Shown here: one piece after another, positions 13,118-26,515 of the stretch
Numbering within the stretch: the stretch's first letter is position 1
Layout: the number at the start of each line of letters is the position of its first letter
NCBI RefSeq assembly: GCF_009914755.1
Contig: NC_060926.1
Origin: the human T2T-CHM13v2.0 reference genome, Homo sapiens
Reading direction: 5' to 3' (one strand)
DNA length: 64,000 nucleotides
Translations under genes and position numbers: made by a program
The notes under the pieces: model-generated
Told to the model about the DNA's origin: nothing
Databases searched by the model: none
Seen by the model: only the letters and a program-made list of their open reading frames with translations

Positions 13118-15999
13118 CAGACAGAATCCTTCTCAACTCAGTGTTCCTGACAGGTGCTACCAATTTGGCAGTATTGTCATAGAAATTAAAATCTATTTGT
13201 ATCCCTAGGGTAGTACCCATTTATTTCCATGTCCATGTGTGTGCGCCTATGTGTAAGAATAAGGAATCCTCAGTAGTTATTTATTTTTTTGTTTGTTTGT
13301 TTTTGCCTGGAAGCATGTTTGAAGAGGAATGCAAGAGTGTTTCACTGACTGATAAAATATGTATCAGTCAGGTTCCAGAATTCAACTCAAATGGTTCAAA
13401 TTTAAAAAAAAAAGAATGAAAGAAACAACAAAGCACTACTTTCAAAGGTGTGGACAGGTTTAAAGAAACCAATAAGAAATGCCAAGGCACCTAGAGACTA
13501 GCAACAGTGGAACACCATGGACACACTTTGGCCTTAGAGGGGAAGGGGAGGGATCAGTGTTACAAGAATCCCAGTGAGAGCTGGAATAGTAGAGGAGGTG
13601 CTGCCTGGCTTTAGAGGAATAGACACTATTAAAAGGAGGCCAAAATTAGGAATGGAGCAAGAAAGACACCCCAAATGTCTTTCCTCCCAACTCATGATCT
13701 CAAGCTGATGTCTTCTGTTGGCCAAACCGAACCAGAGCCAGTTGGCAAGAGTGCCCTTATACAGAGTTCATAGAGGTAGGTTCTAGGAGCACCCCTGGGC
13801 CCAAGAAGAGCAGAGATAGGTCTGTAGTAAGAACTAACCAGCATAGGTCTGTATGTGGATTCAGAGAGCCCAGGGACACATCTGCTTCATATATAGTCAT
13901 GGAATCTTAGAAGTGGACCACCACTTAGAGATGATCTACTCTAACATTTCATTTTCCAGATGAGGAATTGGGTTCCAAAGAGGATAAGTGTCTACGTGTG
14001 TGCATGGGCACACTTGTCTGGGTGGGACATGACATTCTGTCATCATCCAGAGGTCCAAGAAGGGTGGGTAGTATGGCTATTATTCACTTTAAAACCCTGC
14101 GGCTCTGAACTTGAAAAACCTCTTTGTATCTATAGCAGATTCTTGTTGGTTATCTTACCAGTATCCATTTTGCCTTTCTTTTCCCCAGAGGCCTCCAATT
14201 TTATTTGGGAATTCAAGTGGTTCAGGGAAGCTGCTTTTGCTGTTGGCTCAGTGGGGAGCTCAGTCAGATAGCATATCCAGTCTCCAATAATGATGACCTC
14301 TGGGTGGCTTCAGCTAGTCATGTCCCAGTGAACTTCATGACTTTCGTTGTGAATGCTGGAGCAAAGAAGCTCCTACATTCCTTCTCCATGTGAACGAGGA
14401 AGCTCGTGACCTTGGGGGCTGCTGGCAGCTATCTGAAGAACAGTAGGGGAACCAGTGTTAAGATGAAGTTGAAGTTAGAACAGAGATAAAGGAAGAGAAA
14501 AAATTCTAAGTGGAACTATTGAAGCCAGCATACCTTTCATCTTTTAAAATTAGGTGAGCTAATAAGCCCCTTTTAAAGTTTAAGCTATTTGAGTCAGATG
14601 TTTTTTCTTTTTTACACGCCGTCGAAAGAGACAGCAGGTAGGTGCATTGCCTCTCTGGCACGCACTCTTCTGAACTTGAATGAATCACCCAGCCTTTTAG
14701 ATTCCTTTCACAGATGCAGGTGTAGTAAAAAAATAATTAAAATGTATTAAAAAAGTTAATTCTTTTTCTGTACCTCATTTTCCCCTTCTAGAGAACACAA
14801 GGGCCATTATCACAGCTGCCAGGACCTGCTCATTATTACGCTGGGCTGCATGGATGGTTGTTCTCAAGAGAACAGAACCAGAAGGCAATAGAGGGAGAGA
14901 TTCTGTATTTAAATTTCACTAGTGGCTTTACTTTGCCATGCTTTCTGTCTTTAAGGAAACAGGCACTCTCCCCTAGTACTGTCTCTTGGAGGTTGGGGAC
15001 CCTCTAAGGAAGGATTGGGGGTATTGAAGAGAAGTCTATGAGGAGAGGTTTGTAAAGTGTGGGTGCAGATGTGTTAGGAGAGGTAGAAATCTTTCAGGGA
15101 TTTCTCTCTATTTTATAGAAATATAAACTGAGGCTTAACGCTGGGAACCTGTTCCTTGTCAACCAGGCAATCCGGTGGCATTACAGAGAGTTGAACTCCA
15201 GAGCGCTTGCTCCCAAACCAGGCCCCACCCTCCAGATGGCCGGTTTACCTCCTCCTCAGGCCTGTGAATTGCTTCCCCTGGAACCAGACCAGATGTTCTG
15301 GAGAAAGCACCAGGTCAGCATTCTCCGCGGAAGGCGCCGGTCTCCGGAGATGCCATTTGCTGAACTTACTATGCTGGGCTGACTTGAGGCCCAGGTGTTG
15401 TCCGAAGTCAGGTGACAGGCTTTGAGAGCCTCTTGGAGCTTCCTTTGGGGGAACATGGAAGGACATGTGACATGAGTCTCCTAAAAGTTGAAGAGGGGAC
15501 TGAGGGCTGAGGGCTAAGGGCTGAGGTGTGCAGTTAGCAGCAGCCTGTGAATGTCTGAGTTGCTGAGAAATTCACAGAGTAGAGTGGCATCCCTTCCTTT
15601 TGTCTTTAGCTTCTGAAGTTCCATTAAAGTCCTGGGCTGGGCCATGGGGGCTGGGCCTCTTCCCCCAGGAAGATCTTCTCTATTTCACTGCAGGATTGAA
15701 AAGAGCAGGGATGACAGAGCCCAAGTAGAGACCAGGGGGCCTGGAAGGAAGGGGGCACATGAAAGAGGAGAAAAAGAGTGGGAGGGGACATAGGAAAAGA
15801 TTTAGGATGTTGTGTCAAGAGGCTTATAAAGTTTGAAAGCTGGAAGAGATTTTTAGAGCTATCTCTCACATTCCTCATTTCACAGGAGAGGAGCTGTCAG
15901 ATTCTCAGAGAGAGAAAAGTACTAGCCTAAGGGTTCATCGTAAACTATTGGTGGAGGTGAGACTGGAATCCAGGTCTTTTCACTTCCAGACTGAACTTA

Positions 16000-16550
16000 T
16001 TCATTATCTATTGCGGTGCAAGCAATTAACCCCAAAATTAGTGGTTTTAAAACTATAAACACATATTATTTCACAGTTTCTATGGGATAGAAAAATGAGT
16101 GTGTCTTAGCTGGGTCCTCACAAACTCTCAGGATGCTGCACTCAAGGTGTTAGGAGGGGCTGTGTGCTCATTTGAAGGCCTAATTGGGAGAGGGTCTGCT
16201 TCAAAGTCCACTCAACCAGCTCACTTGTTGTCAGAATGCTGTTCCTTGCAGGCTGTTGGAATGGGTTTTCTGTTCTCCATTGGCTGTTGGCCAGAGGCCT
16301 CTCTAAGTCCCCTGCCATGCATCACTCTCCATGTGGCCCCTCACATTGTGGCAGCTGGCTTCCATCAGTTTGATAAGTCAGGGTGCAAAAGAGAGTGAGC
16401 AAGATTGAAGCCAGTCTTTTTCTAACCTCACCTTGGAAATGACATATCATCACTTTTGCTGTATCTCATTCACTGAAGTAAGCCACTCTCTATAGCCCAC
16501 ACTCCTGAACAGTAGAGGCAGGAGCCATCTTCTTAGAAGCTGCCACCATA
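16000..16550 (-). mobile_element. MaLR LTR (MLT1E/F/G-like)
   Basis: 'ccccaaaattagtggttttaaaac...tattatttcacagtttctatggg...cagctggcttccatcag...ttagaagctgccaccata'. Confidence 0.65.
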
Positions 16551-17183
16551 CCAAATACTTCCTGCTAATATTTGCTGCCTCTCTGAGCCATATAGCAGAG
16601 AGGGCTGGGAAGGCAGCCCTAAGAAGTGTGTGTTTTGTTCTACAGCTATTCGGCCCCATCTTTCCTTTGGAGAAAACACTCTTCCCACAAGGAAGGGGAA
16701 GCAAGAATTAGTGGCAGCAAGGACAATTTAAGCCCTTGAAAGAAGCAATCATCACATTGATTAATAAATACTTAAAATTTCTTTTTTTCATTGCTGGTCA
16801 ATTGTTTGGTGATAAGATAGAGTAAGCAAGGAATTCAATTTAGAAACTAGAGAAAGCTGGAGTCTGAATTTCAACCAAAACAAGTCACTTACCCTCATGA
16901 AACCTCAATCCGCTGATCTACTCACCAGGATGACAGTGTCTACTTTGTAGGATTAATTGAATAACATTAACGTCTTTTAAAGTTAGCTCTTTCATATTGA
17001 GTGACTTAGTTAATAAAAACAGGCCTACTGGGATGTCAAATGAGGACTTCCCCTCTTGCACTCATCCTAAACTTGAAAAGAGTGGATATGGTAGCCAATA
17101 GGATAAGGCAGGAAACAGAAATAAGTGGCAGAACTATGGGGAAGAGCAGCCAAAATTCTGAGTATTTTCTGATTGTATGATGG

Positions 17184-17557
17184 TGTATTGGTTTGCTAGG
17201 GCTATCATAACAAAATACCACATAATGGGTGGCTTAAGCAACAACTGGGTTTCTTACAGTTCTGGAGGCTGGAAGTCCAAGATCAAGGAGACAGCAGGTT
17301 GAGTTTGTTCTGAGGTTTTTCTTGTTGGCTTGCAGATGTCCACCTCTTGTTGCCTCTGCATATGATTGTCCCCATGTGCCCAAATTTCCTCTTCTTATAA
17401 CAGCATCAGTCAGATTGGATTAAGGCCAACTCTAACAGCCTCGTTTGAATTTAATCCCCTCTTTCAAGGTCCTAACTCTAAATACAGTCACATTCTGAAG
17501 TACTGGGGGTTACAGCTCCAACATATACCTTTTAGAGAACACAATTCAACCATAACA
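17184..17557 (-). mobile_element. MaLR solo LTR (MLT1A/B-like)
   Basis: TG...CA ends, 5-bp TSD GATGG (17179-17183 and 17558-17562), 'cagttctggaggctggaagtccaagatcaagg'. Confidence 0.88.
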
Positions 17558-18887
17558 GATGGCATACCGAAAAAAAATGGAGAGAATGAGCTGAAAATGC
17601 AGGAGAACTAATAAGAGATTATTAAGGTAGCCAGATACAAAATAAATATTTAAAAAGGCTTAGTGCTTTATTGCATATCAGTAATGGCCTACTGAAAAAT
17701 ACAATGGAAACAATGCCATTCACAATAACCACCGATGCTTGGTCTGCAGGAGTGTTTCCACACAGGGCAGAGAGAGAGAGAGAAAGGGTGTCTTGTGACT
17801 TGGGGCTTTACTTGGTCATCTGGGCACAGAAAGAGCACAGCTTGCAGCCAGAGTTGCATGAAAGATAGAATGAAAATATTTCAAGCCTCTCATCCTCAAA
17901 CTTCTAACCACAAGGGCCCCAACTCCCAGCATGCTGCTGTTGAGTGAGACATAAGTGACCTGCCATCCCTCTGGGTCTTCGTTCCTTTCTCAGCTAGGGC
18001 ACATGTCCTTATAAACCTCCTAGTCCAGTCTGCCCTGCTCCAACTCAGGGACATGTTAACACAGGGAATATTAATCCCCCAAAATAACCTTTTCTTCTGG
18101 AAACCACATCTTGAGCATGGAAGAAAGTCCTTTTATATCATCAAAAGCCTCATTTGGGAAATTTCCGCAGAACAAAGAGACTCTCTATGCTAAAAGACTG
18201 GTGGTGTTCCCATTTATTGCCAGATAAAAATTGCTTGCAGCTTGAAGAAATTAAAAAAGTTAATTATAGAAGTAATGTGTAATAAAACTCAAACAATACA
18301 GACAGATCAAAAGTCTTCTTTGTTCACCACTTAATTTCACTCTTCTCCCCCAGAAATGATCACTGTCAACAGCTTGGTGCAAACATAAAAAAAGTACAAA
18401 ATTGTGTGTGTGTATGTTCGTTTGTAAATATATGTACACACATACACATATAGATATACACACCACATAGACACACACTCATTCACTTTATTTTTAAACA
18501 TAAAAAGTTTTATCCTCTTAAATTTAAGCAAGATCATACTATATGTATTGTTTTGCTTCTTACATTTTTTTGCTTACCTAGTAATATGACTTAGAAGTCT
18601 ATCCATATCAGAGCATATGTATATGTGTGTGTGTATGCGTACACACACACATACACATATCTACTTTTAAACTGCTATAGAATGTATCATGGTACAGATG
18701 TAATTTAATTGATTTGACTAGTCCCTTAGGGTGTACTTCAGTGGAGAAGTCCATATTAGACTTTGCAGCAGGCATATTTTTATTAGTTAAATAACTATGT
18801 TAAGAGTCTTGTTAACATTAAATCCTGCCATGACTATTATGGAACACTTTTTGTGCAGAGATGTAACAATTTCTCTAGAATAGATGC

Positions 18888-19495
18888 TGTCTTAGCCAGG
18901 TGTGGTGACGGGCGCCTGTAATCCCATCTACTCGAGGGGGTGAGGCACGAGAATCACTTGAACCCAGGTGGTGGAGGTTGCAGTAAGCTGAGATTGTGCC
19001 ACTGCCTTCCAGTCTGGATGACAAAGTGAGACTCTGTCTCAAAAAATAAATGAATAAATAAACCAAACAAAACAAAAGCAAACAAGCAAAACATTGGGCT
19101 TAGAACAAATATTACTATAAAAAAAATCTGACATTGGGCAATATATAAATAACAGAAATTTATTTCTCACAGTTCTGGAGACTGTGAAGTCCAAGATCAA
19201 GGCCCCAGAAGATTTGGTGTTTAGTAGATCCAGTCTCTGCTTCCAAAATGGTGTCTTGAATGCTGTGTCCTCTGGATGAGATGAACACTGAGTCATCATA
19301 TGGGAGAAGGTAGAAGGGCAAAAAGGGACCTATCTAGTTCCCTCCAGCCCTTTTATAAGGCACTAATTGTATCCATAAGTGTGGATTCCTAATGGCCTAA
19401 TCACCTCCTGAAAGGCTTGCCTCTTAATACTGTTGCATTGGGGATTGAGTTCCAACATGAATTTTGGAGGAGCCACAAATGTTCAAACCATAGCA
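18888..19495 (-). mobile_element. MaLR solo LTR (MST/MLT1A-like) interrupted near one end by an Alu-arm copy
   Basis: tgtcttag... start, ...accatagca end, 5-bp TSD GATGC (18883-18887 and 19496-19500). Confidence 0.85.
18892..19092 (+). mobile_element. Alu right arm only (appears to be a local inverted copy of the Alu at 19527-19848)
   Basis: ttagccaggtgtggtg...gagactctgtctc plus A-rich tail; no TSD of its own. Confidence 0.9.
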
Positions 19496-19526
19496 GATGC
19501 CTAGAGGTGAAATTTCTGAGCCCGAT

Positions 19527-19848
19527 GTTTTGCTTGTTTGCTTTTTTTGTTTGTTTTTTTTTTGAGACAGAGTCTCACTCTGTCATCCAGGCTGGAGGGC
19601 AGTGGCACGATCTCTGCTCACTGCAACCTCCACTTCTTGGGTTCAAGTGATTCTCATGCCTCAGCCTCTGGAGTAGCTGGGATTACAGGCACCCATCACC
19701 ACACCTGGCTAATTTTTTTTGTATTTTTAGAAGATACAGGGTTTTATCCTGTTGGCCAGGCTGATTTTGAATTCCTGACCTCAAGTGACCGAGCCACCTT
19801 GGCCTCCCAAAGTGTTAGGATTACAGGCGTGAGCCACCACACCCAGCC
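19527..19848 (-). mobile_element. AluS, full length
   Basis: T-rich tail and two arms ending gtgagccaccacacccagcc. Confidence 0.95.
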
Positions 19849-22800
19849 TCGTTTGTATTTTTAATAGATCTGCTCTTGAACTTTTTTTAAATTTTTTTTT
19901 TATTTCAACTTCTACACACCAAGGTTTCAAAAATCTTAGAGCTGAAATTTCTTCCTGGACACCCCAGACATAGCCCCAGGGTTCCTCTCTCACAGTTTAT
20001 GGGACTTGGTGGCTGCCTCATTTAGTTTGCCACATTTTTCTTGCTCAGACCAGACATTAGAACCATGATCTACCTTGTCACTCATGTTCTAAATCTAAAG
20101 TCTTTCTGGATGATAAACCAGCTTCATGAAATGGAGCTCAACATCTTAATACACAGTTTATATATGGAAGGACGGTTTATAGGCACATAACTGGGTCAAC
20201 TTAACACAGAACAGAATAAAAAATGACAGGCGTATGCATCAGTCTTTGGCTAACTCTTCTACCTCTCTTGGTCCTGAGTTTGGAGGATACCCAGTTCTTG
20301 CCAACAGTGTTGTAGGTACGAACCTTCTCAAATTGAGGTCCAAACTTTTCTCCCAGCTGCCACTTGGCTACTGCTGCTGGTTGCTTATTCTCTCAGTTCC
20401 ACTAGCAGAATCTTCTGCATTCCCATGTTCCCCAGACCTACCACCCTGGAGCAAGTCTCTCAAGCCCAGCTCAGATTAGCGTTAGTCTGAGTTTTGAAAG
20501 ACACCCCATCCATCTTGAAGGCAGAATCGATTTTGCTCCAATAGCCATACATTTTTCTGTTTTTTTTTACCAGCTCTCTAGGGCCGAATTCAACCCGCTT
20601 CTGTTCTCATCAGCTTTCTCAAATGCAACTTTACAGTTACGAGGGTGGCTACATTTGCAATGAGAGCCACTCTAGACTGCATGAAAAATTTAGCATGCAA
20701 TTGACAAGGAATGTATAATTAATAACTTCTTGTGTTTAACAAATATTTAATATGTAATTCAGTTGTGGTGGTGGATGATAGGGATACCATGGCCAGTGAG
20801 AAAAGAACAAACCAAAACCATGACCCCCGCCCCAAGCTTCATGGAGCTTAGAATTAGAGAATACATAGGAACAGAATTGAGAATGTGAAATGTGATTTTG
20901 GAGAGCATAAACATACATGTGTTAAGAGCACATGACCTGGTCAGTGGAGGGGTGGTGGTGGTAATATGGCAAGGACTGCTTCCCCAGCAGCACCCCTGCT
21001 GACTATTCTTTTTTCTGAGTTGTTTTTTGTTTTGTTTTGTTTTTTTGTTTTGTTTTTTTGTCAGAGTTGAGGCTTCCAGGTCTCCCAAACTCTGGTTCAG
21101 TGCTCTTTCTACTCCATCATGTGAACTTGGCCCTCATTTCCTAATCTAAACATAAGAGGCTGGTCTTGCAATACTTCAGAGTCCCTTCTAACTGCGATGT
21201 TCTTCATTCTTATCCTCCTCCTAAGATGTATGTGGTCGCTTGTCAGCAGCATCACCTCCATCTGTCCATCTATTCAACACATATTTGTTGAGCAACTATC
21301 ATGTTCCAGGCACTTTACCAGAGGCTAGAGACAGTAGAGTACAAAATGTCATGCTACCTGTCCTCATGGGATGTCCAGGCCTGGAGTAGCAGTTTGGGTT
21401 AATGGAGCCCTCTTCTACCCTATTTGGCCAAATAATTACATTTAGAATTGAGGCGTTGTGGAATGGACAAAATTGGGAACTCCTAGTGTGTACTCTGAGG
21501 GACCCAGGACAATATTTTTCATCTTTCAGATTCTCAGCACAGCCATGGTAAAACCTGTCTCTTTCGTGTGGATCTTGATGCCCTGCTCACCTTAGAGGCA
21601 TATAACTTGAAGGGTGAAATTGGTACCTGGACCACTCATTCTACACAAGCACCAGTCTACGGTGTAAGGGGCTTTTACTCCACAGACATTTACAGAACAG
21701 TGGCTGTCATCCTGGATGAATGTGGGAAACTATAAATACAGTCTGGGTATAGGGTAGACATTCAATAAATCCTGAGTTAGTAGGGAGGATACTATCCCAG
21801 CCTGAGAAGCCCTGTTGTGAGCCATGTGGATGAGACAGAGCTGATAATGGTTCTGTCTTCAGGGAAATTATGCTCCATTAGGAACAGAGACCCTAGCAGC
21901 TATAATATCATTGCATTCTTAGAAAGTGAGGACTTCTAGAAGGGCATGCACAGTGAGCCAGGAATTGAGAGGTGATAAAGCCTATTCATTTTTGCCTGGG
22001 TTAATTAGGAAAAGATCCTTGGAGCTGGGTTTTAACATTTGGGAGGAATTTCAAAGAGAAAGGTGATAGTGAGAAACAGAAGAGGCCACTTTCCAGAAGG
22101 GAGCCTCCTTTTGGTCTTTGGCCTAGTTCCCTTCCAACCAAAACCATGGTAGGTCAAGTTGGCCTAGAAAGAGAAGGTGCTTTCTAGTCTCTGGGAGTCT
22201 TGGGGGTCTCACCCATTTGTTTTCCATCTGCTCAGTAGGGGCGAGAGCCGTCTGTGGTGTGTACTGGGAGATAGAAGAGATAGAAAAGATGGGCCTGGGA
22301 GTGTCCTCTGAGCTCCACAATGTTTTGAGTTCCTATGTTTTTGTTGAGGAAACTGGGGCATGGAAAATGGGCTCCTTTTAAGCACAAAAAGTCTTAAAAA
22401 TGGAATTTACTTAGTTAAAATGCGATCTAAAAGAAATAAGAATGAGGCATCTCCTTTTTCCAAGTCATTGCTTTTCCCCCACACCTGTCTCCACCTCACA
22501 GGGCACCTCCACCCTTGGCCTTGCAACGCGCCAGGCTGGGCATCAAGCCAGCCTGTCTTCGATGAAATCGAGGCTGCCAGATCACCCCGCCCACTACTGT
22601 TCCGTTAGCCTGAGGTCCCACCCTCCCCTCTCCGGGGAGACACAAAAGGCTTCTGTGACTCAAGCAAAAGCTCACAATCCTTCTCTTTCTTTCTAGCAAC
22701 ACAGAGTGAGGCTGTGGGGTGGATTTCTCGGTGGTAACCCTTGCCCGACTTGCTATGCAGTGACCGGTGTGTAGGTTGCTCCTTCTCTGCTCCTGGGGCA

Positions 22801-23489
22801 ACTCTGTAGACCTACACACTTACTGTCCTCCATGATAGACCCATTTGCAGAGATTTCAAGGGTCCCCGTTTGGTTCCAGCTAACCTTGAGAAGGGTCAGG
22901 GTGGTCTGGGGAGGAGCTGATGTTTATCAAGTACCCAGGATATACTGGGTATGATGTGAATTGTTTTGTACGTGGATTCCATGTAAATCTGCATGTTGAT
23001 CCTAGAAGGTGTTCTTAACTCAATTTTACAGAGCAAATGACAGCAATCAGAGAAGCTAGACAACTTGTTCAAGGTTATGTAACTGCTAAGTTATTGTTGT
23101 AAGATTTGAGTCTAGAACAGGCTGTTGGGAAAGCCTGAGTTTTTCTGATATGGTTTGTTACTTAGGGTTTGAATCAGGCTGTTGGGTTTTTCTGTTATAG
23201 TTTGTTACTTAGGGTTTGAATCAACTGGCCCTGTCTCTATCAGATCAAGAGATATGAGGAACATCATCTGTCTTCTTCTCCTTGTCTTCTACCCCTAAGC
23301 ATCCTAGGTCTGCTATCAAAACTCCCGTTCACTTCAGACAATGACGTAGTCTGGTTTTGCGGGTAGCGAGACGGGGGAGGTGGGGGAGCAGCATTTGTGG
23401 GGGTGGAGGGAGGGCAATAGAGTACAGAAGAACAGATTTCTAGTTTTGCCTCTGTCACTAACTGAGCCATGTTGAGTGCATCTTTCCCA

Positions 23490-23750
23490 ATCTCCAGGCT
23501 TCATTTTTTCTGCCTGTAAAACACAGATGCATAGCTTAGTTGTTAAGCAGACAGACAAAAGACAGACTGGCTCTACCCCAACTCTGCTGCTCACTAGCCC
23601 TGTGACCTTGGAAACATTTCTCATCTCTAAAATACAGATCATCATAATATCTACTTCATGGGACTGTGATGAGAGTGAAAGAAGTTAATACACATAACAC
23701 TCTTAGGAGAGTGTCTGGTGTAGGTGTTTTACGAGTATTGCTGTCATTAT
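23490..23750 (+). mobile_element. MIR SINE fragments
   Basis: 'ctctgctgctcactagccctgtgaccttgg...tctcatctctaaaata...cttcatgggactgtgatgag'. Confidence 0.7.
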
Positions 23751-23866
23751 TCTCCTTAAATGTGTAATTAATGAAATTCTAGTATTTTCAAATAAATATA
23801 TGGGAAATAACACAGAATTTAAAGCTGAGTGCCACTCCCTTGATATTTGCTTCTCTACTTTTTGCC

Positions 23867-23906
23867 TGTGTGTGTGTGTGTTTGTGTGTGTGTGTGAGAG
23901 AGAGAG
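23867..23906. repeat. Compound microsatellite (TG)n(AG)n
   Basis: Directly visible. Confidence 0.9.
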
Positions 23907-24394
23907 TTAGCAGGCAGAGGTGTGAGTAGATCATGGTGAAAATTAGATGTCAAGTTATCCTTTCCTCCGTGTGTGACATAGAAAACTTCCTCATATATCA
24001 GAAAGAATACATTTTCTGTTTTCACTTTATATGGTTATAAACCAATCAGCTTTGAGCCCATTCATAAGGAGCTAAGAGTTGTCTGGGTAGAAAAGATACA
24101 GATATACAGTGGTGAACAATTTTGCCTCCAGACTTCCAGATAAGGTGATCATATAGGTCCATCAAAGGCAACAAGAATGAGCATGAGAGCAACAAGAACA
24201 TCACAACAGTGCCTCAGCAATCACCTCTACACCTCTAGACCTATAGGATTAAACTAAGACAGGAGACAGAGAGAGAAGAAAGGTGTGGGGGAGATAATGG
24301 GCTCTGTGTAGCACAGGGCCTGGCTAGTAGGCATTGCTCTAAGTGCAAAGTGCAGAAAGTATGAGGAATGAGGAGTTAACACCCAGGGCAGCCT

Positions 24395-24725
24395 AGGCCA
24401 ACTCTATCCAAATATGGAAATAGATATAATGCAAGTCATATTTGTAATTTCATTTTTTCTAGCAGGCACATTTTAAAAAGCAAAGAAGAAACATGTAAAT
24501 ATTAATTTTCATTATTTGATTTAACTTAATACAGTTAAAATATTATTTTAACATGTAATCAATGTAAAAAATTATGAATGAGATATTTTACACTCTTTTT
24601 CTCGCATGATGTCTTTGGTGGCTGGTGTGTCTGTGATCATAGGAGCACGTCGACATTCAAACGCGCCCTCTTTCCAGTGCTTGGTAGCTGCATGAGCCCA
24701 GTGGATCCCAGGCTGGAGAGCCACA
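24395..24725. mobile_element. MER33-like hAT DNA transposon
   Basis: 'aatgcaagtcatatttgtaatttcattttttctagcaggcacattttaaaaag...aacatgtaatcaatgtaaaaaattatgaatgagatattttac'. Confidence 0.7.
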
Positions 24726-25854
24726 GACCACAACCCCAAGGAGCTTCTGTCTGCTGAATCAGCCAGAGCATGTCTTGCTTCCTGGCTGTTCGGAGTAAAA
24801 GGAGAGGAAGAGGGGTCTATTCTTGCTAGGAGTTAGGCAGGGGCAGATGGAGTGCCCTGAGGCCAGGGTCCCCTCCAACCACCACACCTTTATGTCATTG
24901 TACTCTTGGCTTTCAAGGACATCACCGCCTTTATCCTGGACTCTTTCAGAGAGTCTATGACTCCCAGGAACATTTCCTTTTGCTGTGGCATGAATATAAA
25001 ACATGCTCACTAGCAAATGAGCCTTCCAGCATGTAGAACTGCAGTGCAGTGTTCTATGACTCCCTCCTTCGTACCCCATTTTCTGTTACCTCTCCTAATG
25101 TGGTAAAACTTTCTAGGCAGGGAAAGTAATGGAGTTGAGAATGAAGCTACCTTCTGGTTCTGCTGGTGAAAAGTGAAATATATGTTATATATTCTAAACA
25201 AATTATTTGTGCTAAGATAGCCATTTTACAGAAAAAAACTGCATAAGTGTGTTCACAGATTTAGGGGTTCAAGAAAGTGGCTGTTGTGTGCTGTTTTTAT
25301 GCTATGCTGCTGGTACCTTGGAATTCTTTGCATTGCAGGGAAGTAGTTTCTTACATCTGTAGAGGATATCATCGTGTCTGGCTGATCAGCATGCATATAA
25401 CCATCTTTGGTATTAGTCTCTCAATTTTCCTTTTAGGACCAGCCCTTGTTGTCCCCACAGCAACACAAGCGTGGTCATCATTTTCTCTCTCCTGGGACTC
25501 TGAATTTTTAGCGTTAAGTGATGTAAGAATGAGAAACAATCAGTCATTTCAATCAAAGCAGGGTGCCCTTGAGGCCCCATCTGATGCCTGCCTGGTTCCC
25601 ATTGTGAGGCCCAGTTGTTCAGCTTTTCCTCCTATTCCCTAAGCTCTTCCACATTCTACTAATAGATTTCATCCTCTCCCCACCCCACCCCACTTCTAAG
25701 TGACCTGGAATCTGTTTCTGCTGATCTCAACCAAATGCAAACGAATGCACATTTCGGGCAGCAGGTTGGGGGTGATATGGCTCATGATCTGCAGCATAGG
25801 GGAGCACATAAAAGAAAAAAAAAGAAAGGGTTACGTGGTCAAAACAGAGATCCC

Positions 25855-26160
25855 GACTGGATGCGGTGGTTTATGCCTGTAATCCCAGCACTTTGTGAGG
25901 CCAAGTTGGGTGGATCACCTGAGTCAGGAGTTTGAGACCAGCCTGGCTAACATGGCAAAACCCTGTCTCTATTAAAAATACAAACATTAGCTGGGGGTGG
26001 TGGCATGCACCTGTAGTCCCAGCTACTCAGGAGGCTGAGGCATGAGAATTACTTGAACCTGGGAGGCGGAGGTTACAGTGAGGCAAGATCGCGCCACTGC
26101 ACTCCAGTCTGGGTGATAGAGCAATACTCCGACTCGAAACAAACAAACAAACAAACAAAC
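25855..26160 (+). mobile_element. AluSx-like with (AAAC)n tail
   Basis: Full two-arm Alu; approximate TSD aaacaga(g/c)a(t/a)ccc. Confidence 0.95.
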
Positions 26161-26354
26161 AGACAACCCAGACATCCCCTTTCAAGAGTCCAGTGGTGGC
26201 CATGGTGGGAGAAGCCTAACTGTTTCACAGCACTCTCTTATCTCTTCTTTCATTTTTTTGTCTGATATCCCTGGGAAGTAAGCTCAGATTCAGATAGGGG
26301 TAATGAATAGTTGTAGAAGTTTGGAGAGAGCTTCCAATTGAGTATTCTTATGTC

Positions 26355-26515
26355 CTTGCTACTCACTCTGGTCTTTGGACCAGCAACATCAGCCCCAGCT
26401 GGGAGCTTCTCAGAAATGCAGAATCTTGGGCCCACCCTGGACCTACAGAATCAGAGTGTGTATCTTATCAGGATCTCCTGGTGATTCTATCACATACAGT
26501 TGCAGAAGTATTATT
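26355..26515. mobile_element. MER5A-like DNA transposon
   Basis: 'ggaccagcaacatcagccccagctgggagcttctcagaaatgcagaatcttgggccc...acctacagaatcaga'. Confidence 0.75.
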
